Source of the DNA: Pyrobaculum aerophilum str. IM2
GTDB lineage: Archaea > Thermoproteota > Thermoprotei > Thermoproteales > Thermoproteaceae
Direction: 5' to 3'
DNA: 32,000 nt
NCBI RefSeq assembly: GCF_000007225.1
Contig: NC_003364.1
Location: 2,190,431 to 2,222,430 of the forward strand
Shown here one piece after another: positions 15,388 to 22,909 of this stretch. The first letter of the stretch is position 1; each line of letters begins with the position of its first letter. Below the pieces are notes generated by a model. That model was given only the letters and a program-made list of their open reading frames with translations. It was not told the origin of the DNA and made no database searches. The position numbers and the translations under genes were made by a program.

Positions 15388-17499
15388 ATGAAGTGGACAA
15401 TCACGGCGTTAGTAATATCAATGGCGCTGGCGGCGCTGGCTTACAGCCAGGCAACTGTGGGCTTAACTCCTTCGGTGGATTACCTCTGGCTCGGCGCCAA
15501 GTGGAGCCAAGTGCCGAAGTACCCAGGCGATATAGGCGTCCTAACCCTTTCCTATTATCTGTCAAACCAGTATGTTGACGTCTCTGTATATATTGATCCG
15601 AAATGCCCCTACCTCACGCCTCTGGAAACCGCCAGGCTCCCGTCGGCGGGTCCCGGCGTTGTCACCGTCGCCCTTAAGGTGTCAGTCTCGGCGCTAAACG
15701 TTACGTGTCCAGTCAACGTTGTGTTCCACGCTACATATAAAGCCGCGGGTTCGTCTCTCACAGACGGAATGGAGAAAGTGGAGTACGCCGAGATTTACAT
15801 ACCGCCATACCCTACGGCGGAGGTATCCGCTAGGGGTGTGGCGTATATTGGACTGCCCAGCGCAATTACGCTAATTGTCAAAAGCCCCTATTTACTCATG
15901 GCCTCGCTGTCAGTACAGGGGCAGGGGGCGCGGGTGCTCTCTCCCACGGGCCAATACGCAGTAAATAGCACATATGCGGAAATTCCAGTTATTTTAATAG
16001 CGGATACCTACTCGGCGTCTTTGCTAGTGACTATACAAGCGAGGGATTGGCTGGGGAACCCAGTGGCGCTGACATACGCCGTTCCAGTGGCAGCGGCGCC
16101 TACGCCTCCGCCAGTGCTTTACATAAGCCCAACTACTCTATATCTCAACAAGTACAACAGAGTCAACCTCACAATACAACTGCCAGTGGCGGCAGACGGC
16201 CTAGCCGTAGTGACCGCCTCAGGCGCCGTAATGCCTCAGTCAAGTATAACAATTCCCATTAAAAACGGCAGGGGGTCGGGGCAGGTCGAAGTTTACCCAG
16301 TGGCAAACGCGGTAGTCTTCACGGCGCAAGTCACTTATCAAACCTCCGGCGTCTCAAAAACTGACCAGATATCAGCCACCGTTTCTGTCCAGCAGACAGT
16401 AGGAGGAATTGCAAAGGTAGTAGTAAAGCCCTCTAGGCTTATAGCAGGCGTTACGAATAACGTCACCTTAATTGCCTCGGCGCCCGGCCCCTTTAACGTC
16501 TCAGTAACTGTGTCAAACGCCGCAGTGGACAAGCCCCAGCCCTTTTACTTCGGCGGCGCGGACACGGCATCGGCAAGCCTATTAATCACCCCGCTTTCAA
16601 ACCAGCCAGTGACAATTGCCGTGTCTATTTACCACAGCGCCGGCGTGGATCAGTACACTATTAACCTGCCCGTGACCTCCTCCAGTATATACACAGTAAT
16701 CCCAACGCCCTCTATTGTAAAGTCCGGGGGCAACCGTACAGTAATAGTGACTGTAATAAACAGCGGCGACGTGGCCGTGCAAAAAGCCGTAGTCACCATC
16801 TCCCCCGCGTCGGGCAACGTCCTAGCCTCCACATACACCTTCCAAATAAGCCGCCTCGCCCCGCTTGACAGCGTCCAGTTGCCCATTTCCTTTATAGTCC
16901 CCGCAACATACAGCGGCACAATAGCCTTTACATACAACATAGTCTACACCACGGAGCTCGGCACTACGAGCTCCGCCCAAGGCACTTTCTACCTCCAGTC
17001 CCTCCAGACGCCGGTGGTTAATATCACCAGCGTCACTGTGGTCCCAACAGTGCCGGAGCCCAGGAGGACGTTTTATATCTCCCTAACAGTGGTCAACAAG
17101 GGCTTCGCCTCTGTGTCAAATTTACAAGTAGAGGCCAAACTGCCGCGGGGCATTAGGCCGGTGACCTCGCCGATATATTTCGCCGGCCAGCTCGACTCCC
17201 AGCAGACGGCCACAATACCCCTAAGCTTCAACGCAACTGCGCCCGGCCAGTACCAAATAGAGCTGACAATATCCTATACAGACCAATACGGCAATTACTA
17301 CACAATTCCCTACACGGTGACGATAAACGTGGCCAATGGCACTAGATTCCTGGGCCCCGGCGGCAGGCCCACGACTGCGCCGCAGGTCGGCGCCAGCAAC
17401 TTCGGCCAGACTTGGACATACGCCGCGGCGGCTGTGGCTGTAATAATAGCGGTAATTTCAGCTCTTTACCTCACGAGGCGTAGGAAACTAAAAAGTTGA
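15388..17499 (+). CDS. large cell-surface protein with CARDB/COG1361-like beta-sandwich repeats and a C-terminal TM anchor
   Basis: Signal peptide 'MKWTITALVISMALAALAYSQA'. There are many N-x-S/T sequons. The C-terminal modules ('RTVIVTVINSGDVAVQKAVVTISP...', 'TFYISLTVVNKGFASVSNLQVEAKLP...GQYQIELTISYTDQYGNYY') have the CARDB-type pattern. The end 'WTYAAAAVAVIIAVISALYLTRRRK' is a TM plus basic stop-transfer. Confidence 0.8.
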   Translation: MKWTITALVISMALAALAYSQATVGLTPSVDYLWLGAKWSQVPKYPGDIGVLTLSYYLSNQYVDVSVYIDPKCPYLTPLETARLPSAGPGVVTVALKVSVSALNVTCPVNVVFHATYKAAGSSLTDGMEKVEYAEIYIPPYPTAEVSARGVAYIGLPSAITLIVKSPYLLMASLSVQGQGARVLSPTGQYAVNSTYAEIPVILIADTYSASLLVTIQARDWLGNPVALTYAVPVAAAPTPPPVLYISPTTLYLNKYNRVNLTIQLPVAADGLAVVTASGAVMPQSSITIPIKNGRGSGQVEVYPVANAVVFTAQVTYQTSGVSKTDQISATVSVQQTVGGIAKVVVKPSRLIAGVTNNVTLIASAPGPFNVSVTVSNAAVDKPQPFYFGGADTASASLLITPLSNQPVTIAVSIYHSAGVDQYTINLPVTSSSIYTVIPTPSIVKSGGNRTVIVTVINSGDVAVQKAVVTISPASGNVLASTYTFQISRLAPLDSVQLPISFIVPATYSGTIAFTYNIVYTTELGTTSSAQGTFYLQSLQTPVVNITSVTVVPTVPEPRRTFYISLTVVNKGFASVSNLQVEAKLPRGIRPVTSPIYFAGQLDSQQTATIPLSFNATAPGQYQIELTISYTDQYGNYYTIPYTVTINVANGTRFLGPGGRPTTAPQVGASNFGQTWTYAAAAVAVIIAVISALYLTRRRKLKS

Positions 17500-17695
17500 A
17501 AAACTCCTCAGCCTCTTCTTCAGTTAAAAACCCCACGCCTAATTTTTCCGCGAGCTCCTTGTCCCCAACCACCACTGCGAACTTCCCCCTTATGTCAGGC
17601 ACTCCGTTTTTGGCGGAGACAACCTCCAGCCCCTCTATTTTTAACTGGGCCCATTTCTGCGGAATATCTCCCTTAAATATCACGATAAGAGTCAT
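17471..17695 (-). CDS. small acidic-tailed protein, function unknown
   Basis: I take ATG 17695 ('MTLIVIFKGDIPQKW...') because TTTTTATATA (complement of 17713-17722) lies about 22 nt upstream. The longer listed ORF (to 17782) would start upstream of that TATA. The 3' end overlaps the convergent surface-protein gene by 29 nt. Confidence 0.4.
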   Translation of the reverse strand: MTLIVIFKGDIPQKWAQLKIEGLEVVSAKNGVPDIRGKFAVVVGDKELAEKLGVGFLTEEEAEEFFNFLVSYAS

Positions 17696-17834
17696 AGTGC
17701 ACAATTTGTACCTATATAAAAACATTACTGCGTAATCCCTGTTGTCCAATGTTAAAACTCGCCGGCCCGGCCTCCCCACCAATCGGGCTCGCCCTCGGCA
17801 GTCACAAAATCCTTACTTCAAAGAAGACTATAGC

Positions 17835-18167
17835 TTAAAACCATTTCTCCAGCAGTTTATAAACAACTCCGTAGCCCAGAGACATAACGCCGAAAAAGGC
17901 GATGGCGACAGCCAACGCCGTAGTGAAGTACCCGCCCTCAACCGTTACTCTGCCGCCTAGTAACAACGCCGCTATTAACAGCGACAGTAGAATTGCAGTT
18001 AAGACGCCGAAGATGACAAGGGCTTGTGTAAACGGCCCCCTGTTACGCAGAAATATCCCCACGACCACTGCCACAACGACGAACAAGGCCACGGTAAGAG
18101 GATCGGAAATTCTCAAAGCCACGGCCGCCGCGGCGGGGACGACCGCCGAAATCAGAGGCCTCAACAT
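17835..18167 (-). CDS. small three-helix membrane protein
   Basis: 110 aa and strongly hydrophobic ('LTVALFVVVAVVVGIFL', 'ALVIFGVLTAILLSLLIAALLL', 'TTALAVAIAFFGVMSLGYGVV'). TTTTTATTA (complement of 18187-18195) lies about 24 nt upstream of the ATG. Confidence 0.6.
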   Translation of the reverse strand: MLRPLISAVVPAAAAVALRISDPLTVALFVVVAVVVGIFLRNRGPFTQALVIFGVLTAILLSLLIAALLLGGRVTVEGGYFTTALAVAIAFFGVMSLGYGVVYKLLEKWF

Positions 18168-18215
18168 GCCATTAAAAACGTCCAGCTAATAAAAACATTA
18201 TACAAATCACTTGTT

Positions 18216-18313
18216 GAAAGCGCTTTCGGTGTAAATGAAAGAATTCCAAAAAACTCAGTACTTAAATGAAATAATTACATTAGATACAGGAGATAATACT
18301 TCATTCATTCATT
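18216..18313 (+). promoter_or_regulatory. cluster of short repeats upstream of the peptide gene
   Basis: It contains a 12-nt palindrome GAAAGCGCTTTC (18216-18227), a direct repeat TAAATGAAAGAAT (18232-18244) / TAAATGAAATAAT (18263-18275), and (TCAT)3 (18301-18312), which is the reverse complement of the ATGA core of that repeat. Confidence 0.35.
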
Positions 18314-18315
18314 CC

Positions 18316-18322
18316 TTAAAAG
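18316..18322 (+). promoter_or_regulatory. TATA-like element TTAAAAG for the peptide gene
   Basis: It is centred about 24 nt upstream of ATG 18343, the same spacing seen at the other genes in this window. Confidence 0.4.
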
Positions 18323-18342
18323 CATAGGAAAGTTCAAAAAAC

Positions 18343-18531
18343 ATGGCAACGGTAGAAAAAATAAAGAGATTAGAGAGAATGGCAAAATACGCGCCAGCGG
18401 CAGCCACACTGGCGTTAATAGGAATAAGCCAATTTGCAAACGCGATGAGTATCTCTCCTAATGAGATATGTTTTGATGGATGGTGTATTAGGATTTGTGG
18501 GCGGATAGGACCCTTTAAGATTTGCTTGTAA
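18343..18531 (+). CDS. small secreted four-cysteine peptide precursor (62 aa)
   Basis: 'MATVEKIKRLERMAKYAPAAATLALIGISQFANA|MSISPNEICFDGWCIRICGRIGPFKICL'. It has a charged n-region, a hydrophobic core and an A-x-A site, followed by a 28-aa tail with C-x4-C-x3-C-x8-C. It has its own TATA element and AT-rich codons unlike its neighbours. I know of no homolog. Confidence 0.5.
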   Translation: MATVEKIKRLERMAKYAPAAATLALIGISQFANAMSISPNEICFDGWCIRICGRIGPFKICL

Positions 18532-18560
18532 CAATCTTAAAATAAGGTATATTTTTTCAC

Positions 18561-19574
18561 GTGCTTTCTATTTACTCTGTATATGCCGAGGAGAGGAGGG
18601 GGTTAATAGTGGGGATATTCCTCACGGCCTTCCTCTCCACCCTTGCGTTGACTGCGGCATTTGCCTTTTGGGATCTCGGCGGCGCTCTGGCGGCGGATCT
18701 GAGGGATTTGTTGGGCTTGGGGCGGTACGTCATTATGTCCCAGGAGGGGGCTGGGCTGACGTGGGCCGACGTGGCTAAGGCCGCGGCCGCCGTGTGCTCC
18801 GACAGGTCGTACGGGGTGACTTACCTCCCGCTGAAAATAGCGTATTTAAACGGCACTGAGCGCTGGGTCACTGCCGCTTTTCTCCCGCGGTGGGCAATGG
18901 AGGGAATTGCATTGCTGGAAGTGGCGGCATCACAGGCCTTGGCCAGAGAGGGCGATATGCTATACGCCTACATATCTGGGAAGCCCCTCCTTGTGACAGT
19001 GGCTAGGGCCCTAAGGGGCCAGATTTACGTGCCGGGCCTCTCCGCCGATTTGTATTTAGACTCAGACCTCATCGGCGCCTCTCATTTCAACGTCATAGTT
19101 GTCGAAAAGGGGAGTTGCGGTAGTGTCGAGGATTTAAGGGCCCTCTTCCCCGGGGCTGTTGTGTTAGACACAGACGCGCTCCTCACTGCCTTTTGGGGCC
19201 AGCTGTTAATATACTTGGCCGGTGCGGCCGTTGTGGCGGCCTCTGCCACCGCCGCAGTGGCGGCCATGAGCTACGCCTTGGCCACATCGGCGCTACAAGC
19301 CCATTGGAAAGACTTTGCCATTATGAGAGTACTCGGCATGAAGAAGCAGCAGTTATTGGCGCTGGCCGCCTTGTTGTTCTACACGCCCGCCTTGTCGGGG
19401 GTCGTCGCCGCGGCGTTTTTGGCGGGGGGAATAGAAGTTGAGGGGCTGGGGGGCATGGCCTACAGCGCAATTAAAGCCGCGGCAGTGGTTGGCGCCTCCT
19501 CGGCGCTTCCCCTCTTCCCAGCGTTTAGAAGGCTGTACTCCATGCATCCAGTGGAGGCCTTGAGGCATGAGTAG
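18561..19574 (+). CDS. divergent FtsX/MacB-type permease-like membrane protein (paralog C)
   Basis: The architecture matches the other two paralogs: TM1 'GLIVGIFLTAFLSTLALTAAFAF', an extracytoplasmic domain of about 170 aa, 'KDFAIMRVLGMKKQQLLALAALLFYTPAL', and the tail 'PAFRRLYSMHPVEALRHE' (compare '...ALRYE'). GTG start. Confidence 0.7.
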   Translation: MLSIYSVYAEERRGLIVGIFLTAFLSTLALTAAFAFWDLGGALAADLRDLLGLGRYVIMSQEGAGLTWADVAKAAAAVCSDRSYGVTYLPLKIAYLNGTERWVTAAFLPRWAMEGIALLEVAASQALAREGDMLYAYISGKPLLVTVARALRGQIYVPGLSADLYLDSDLIGASHFNVIVVEKGSCGSVEDLRALFPGAVVLDTDALLTAFWGQLLIYLAGAAVVAASATAAVAAMSYALATSALQAHWKDFAIMRVLGMKKQQLLALAALLFYTPALSGVVAAAFLAGGIEVEGLGGMAYSAIKAAAVVGASSALPLFPAFRRLYSMHPVEALRHE

Positions 19575-20661
19575 AGCCGTTTATTCGTGGCCTGCACCGG
19601 TTTACAAGCCAGGAGAATACTTGTTAAAACTGCCTAACGTGAGGGAGTCGCCGTATCAAACGCGGGAAGAGGGCGGCTCAGTTGTCTGCACTCTCTGTCA
19701 CAGGCGCTGTAGGCTGCCGCCCGGCAAGATAGGCGCATGCGGCATGAGGTTTAACCTCGGCGGTAGGCTGTACACGGCGGCTTACGGACTTTTGACAGCC
19801 GCCGAGTCTAGGCCGATGGAAATAAAGCCATTGTACCACTTCTACCCCGGGACTTCCGCTGTTACAATAAGCACGTGGGGCTGTAACTTCCCGTGTGCTT
19901 GGTGTCAAAACTGGCATTTGAGCAAGACGGCGTCGCCGGCTGGCGCCTACGTCCCGCCCGAGAGAGTTGTGGAGTGGGCCCTGGAGAACGGGGATTCAGG
20001 TGTCAACGTGAGTTTCAACGAGCCAACTCTTTTGGCTGAATACGCCGAGGAGGTCTTCAGGCTAGCCCGTGCCCGGGGCCTCCACGCCTCTATTAATACC
20101 AACGGCTACCTCACTGAGGAGGCGGTGAGGAGACTTGCCGAGGCGGGCATGGAGGGGATGAACATCGATATTAAGGGCGGGAGGGAGACGTATAGAAGGT
20201 GGCTCGCCGCGAATTTCGACAAGTTCCTCTCCACAGCCCGCCACGCGAAGGGCATGGGAATACACGTCGAGTTTACCTACCTGGTCATCCCGGGCGTAAA
20301 CGACCACGAGGCGGAAGAGGTAATTGAGGCGGTGGCCTCCTTCGGCCGGGAGACTCCTCTCCACATAACCGCCTACTACCCGGCACATAAGCTCTTCAAC
20401 CCGCCCACGCCCCCGGAACTCCTCGAAGAGCTGTGGCGCAGGGCGAGGAGAGAGCTGGACTACGTCTACGTGGGCAACGTCCCGGGACACCCTGGCCAGC
20501 ACACCTACTGCCCAAGGTGCGGCTACGCCGTGATAAAGAGGGCGGGAGACAGGGCTGTGAAAATAGAATTGGCACAGGGGAGGTGTCCCAAGTGCGGCTG
20601 GGAGATTCCCATTAGAGGAAAGCCGGGAAAATACGGACGGCTCTACCGCTCGTTTATATAA
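19567..20661 (+). CDS. radical SAM enzyme of the AmmeMemoRadiSam / PflA-like type
   Basis: 'VVCTLCHRRCRLPPGKIGACGMRFNLGGRLY...MEIKPLYHFYPGTSAVTISTWGCNFPCAWCQNWHLSK' carries the CxxxCxxC cluster motif in the context I recognise for this family. There is a C-terminal zinc ribbon 'YCPRCGYAV...GRCPKCGWEI'. The ATG overlaps the upstream stop by 8 nt. Confidence 0.85.
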   Translation: MSRAVYSWPAPVYKPGEYLLKLPNVRESPYQTREEGGSVVCTLCHRRCRLPPGKIGACGMRFNLGGRLYTAAYGLLTAAESRPMEIKPLYHFYPGTSAVTISTWGCNFPCAWCQNWHLSKTASPAGAYVPPERVVEWALENGDSGVNVSFNEPTLLAEYAEEVFRLARARGLHASINTNGYLTEEAVRRLAEAGMEGMNIDIKGGRETYRRWLAANFDKFLSTARHAKGMGIHVEFTYLVIPGVNDHEAEEVIEAVASFGRETPLHITAYYPAHKLFNPPTPPELLEELWRRARRELDYVYVGNVPGHPGQHTYCPRCGYAVIKRAGDRAVKIELAQGRCPKCGWEIPIRGKPGKYGRLYRSFI

Positions 20662-20694
20662 CCCCCGCGCCGATTGAGCTAAGAGCAATAACTC

Positions 20695-20725
20695 TTTTTC
20701 CCCCGGAGGCGCCATATGCTTTTTT
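20695..20725 (+). terminator. oligo-T termination signals after the radical SAM gene
   Basis: T5 (20695-20699) and T6 (20720-20725) lie within 65 nt after the TAA at 20659-20661. Confidence 0.4.
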
Positions 20726-20854
20726 GCGGCGCTCTGATCTTACTGGCGACCCCCGGCTGCCGCTGGATGTACAGGCAGAGCCCAATGCCCGTTGCAAACG
20801 CTTCCCAGCGCCAAATTTTATAACGTAAAAAAGGGAGTGAAGTGTAGAGCTGGA

Positions 20855-21290
20855 ATGCCCTGGCGGGAGTTGGCTAAGTATAATGAGGGGAGTTTGGCCG
20901 GGGCGAAGTACGGGGCGGGGCTAAAACCCCCGGAGGCCGGCCTTTATAAAAACGCCGCTGGATAGGCATTTCAAGCGTTTAAAGGGGCTCTAGCGGCCGG
21001 GCGCAGGGACTATAAGGCGCGTAAATACGCCGTCATCAAAAGGCTTAAAGGCGGGAAGAGGGTAGAGTATGTAGACAGGCTTGCTATTATAACGGGGCTT
21101 CTCTTAGGAAATCGCAAGGGATCTCTCGGCGCTGGAGGAGGCAGAACTACTGCACTACGCCAACACCGCCCTCAATCTCAGCGAATTCCAATACAACGGT
21201 AGCGGCGCGCTGAGCAGGCGTGCAAGACTGAAATCCGTAGAGGAGGACGTAGCGGCGTTTGCGCGTTATGTCATTAGAAAAGGCGCCTAG
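20855..21290 (+). pseudogene. decayed ORF of unknown family (in-frame TAG plus a frame change)
   Basis: ATG 20855 gives 'MPWRELAKYNEGSLAGAKYGAGLKPPEAGLYKNAAG', then TAG (20963-20965). The same frame continues 'AFQAFKGALAAGRRDYKARKYAVIKRLKGGKRVEYVDRLAIITGLLLGNRKG'. Protein-like sequence then moves to another frame ('DLSALEEAELLHYANTALNLSEFQYNGSGALSRRARLKSVEEDVAAFARYVIRKGA*') and ends at 21290. Confidence 0.3.
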
Positions 21291-21352
21291 ATACCCGGCC
21301 GGCACCCCTTAGGCGCAACAAGGGGTACACAACAGACGAAGGCGAGGATGAT

Positions 21353-21889
21353 CTATAATTTGAGTGCTTTCAGTGCCCTTTCGAGTTCCTCACTCCACTG
21401 GACTCTTTGCCTCAATGCCTCAACGCGCTTAGCCAGTTCTTTCAGAAGCAACACGACGTCTCTAGCCGCCTCCTCTCTGTTGCGGTATTTGCTCAACGCC
21501 ATGTCCGGGTCTGGGCCGTGGTATTGATAGTCGTGGAGATCAAGCGCCTTGTCAGTGCCGAAAGAAATGCCCCCATGTCCCACCTCCTCCAACATTTGTG
21601 ACAACGCCTTTATTCTCCCAGTGGGAACTCTCGGCACTGCTGTGGATTCAAGCCAGCGCCTCTCATCCTCAGTCTTTACAACGGCCTTAAGTTTTTCTAA
21701 CTCCAACCGGAGGAGAGCCGCCAAAAACGCCCGCCATGCTTGAAAAGCCTTCCCAGCGGCGTTTCTCACAAGCCCCCTCTCAAGAAACTCCAAAGCAAGA
21801 CGCCCCTCCACCAGAGCCTCTAACAAACGCGCAGAGACATAGCCCTCAGTCGACGGCTTGGGAAGGGGTTTTTCAAGTAGTTTCTCCAC
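21353..21889 (-). CDS. PaREP1-family protein
   Basis: GTG start, 178 aa, helical, with 'RNAAGKAFQAWRAFLAALL' and 'DKALDLHDYQYHGPDPD', the same motif order as the other PaREP1-type genes here. ATAAAAATAA lies upstream on the minus strand. Confidence 0.6.
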   Translation of the reverse strand: MEKLLEKPLPKPSTEGYVSARLLEALVEGRLALEFLERGLVRNAAGKAFQAWRAFLAALLRLELEKLKAVVKTEDERRWLESTAVPRVPTGRIKALSQMLEEVGHGGISFGTDKALDLHDYQYHGPDPDMALSKYRNREEAARDVVLLLKELAKRVEALRQRVQWSEELERALKALKL

Positions 21890-22040
21890 ATATTGATCAT
21901 CGTTGTTATTTTTATGCTTAACGACCTCGACCGACAGTTAGGCGCTTCATGCTTCAAATTACCGCGTCTCTAGGCCGTAGCGGGGCGGACTCGAGCCCGT
22001 GTAGTAGTTTATTACAAGCCCTCCAATGTGCCGCCGGTTT

Positions 22041-22547
22041 TTATGGGGATTTGCAGACTGGTATTAAAGCCGGTCCGTCTAAATCGTAGTAGTAGCCCTC
22101 GACCTCTGCCCACAGCTCTCTTAGCTTTTCACACGCGATTTTCACGTTTTCCACCTCCGCCTTTCTCAAGTCCCCGCCAGCCCTCTTGACTGCCTCGTTT
22201 AACTAGGCGGCGAGAGAAGGCGGCGCCTCGCCTTTAAAGGCCAGCTCAACCGCGCCGCAACGTTTGTGTCCAATTACGTATATCTTCTTGACGCCGAGTT
22301 TTTCAACTGCGAATTTCAACGAGTCGTATACGGCGTCTGTGACCACGTTGCCTGCTATTCTCACGACGAACATGCCGCCAATATTTGAGAGAGTCAGCAA
22401 CTCGTGGGAGAGGCGAGAGTCTGAACAAGTCAAAACTGCACACCGCGGCGATTGGCGGCTGACAGTGGCCTTTATTCTCGCCAAAATGCTCTCGGCGGTT
22501 AAAGCCCCGGCTCCGTTTAATAAATTTCTAAAACCCTCGAGGCACAT
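22041..22547 (-). pseudogene. beta-class carbonic anhydrase interrupted by a single in-frame TAG
   Basis: The N-part (22547..22206) has 'CAVLTCSDSRLS' (CxDxR) and 'VIGHKRCGAV' (HxxC). A TAG lies at 22205..22203. The same frame continues for 53 codons, 'LNEAVKRAGGDLRKAEVENVKIACEKLRELWAEVEGYYYDLDGPALIPV...', to a TAA at 22043..22041. The total is about 168 codons, the normal size of a small beta-CA. Confidence 0.75.
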
Positions 22548-22909
22548 AATTCGACGTATGTTATAGCTTAAAAGCGTTATTGCCTGGATATAGGGCCCGG
22601 ACGCGGCGCGCGAACCGCCTCCTATTAAGCCAAGACTTGATGTAAGGCCTCATATCCCTCAATTACTCCGGGATGCTCATCATAACTGGCAGAGATTTAA
22701 CGCGAAGTCAACATGGTGTATCCACGCCTACTATTCCACTTTAAACATAAAGCCTGTTGACTATCGCTACTGTGGAGTTGGAAAACTGGTGAGATTTAGC
22801 TATAAGGGGGCTGTGGATAAGTGCGAGACACGGCGTTAAGACAAGACTGCCTTTACTGCGTCTTCCCGTGGCGGTAATAGAAAATTGTTTTAAAAAATGC
22901 CGTTGTGAT

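Noticed and set aside
20062-20715. 217-aa ORF antisense to the radical SAM gene
   Set aside because: It lies entirely within the well-supported radical SAM CDS on the opposite strand. It is Arg/Pro/Gly-rich with no motifs, which is typical of a shadow frame in GC-rich DNA.
21304-21326. 7-bp hairpin ACCCCTT-(9 nt)-AAGGGGT between convergent gene ends
   Set aside because: It has no flanking oligo-T tract and the stem is short. Such a hairpin is expected by chance in GC-rich intergenic DNA.
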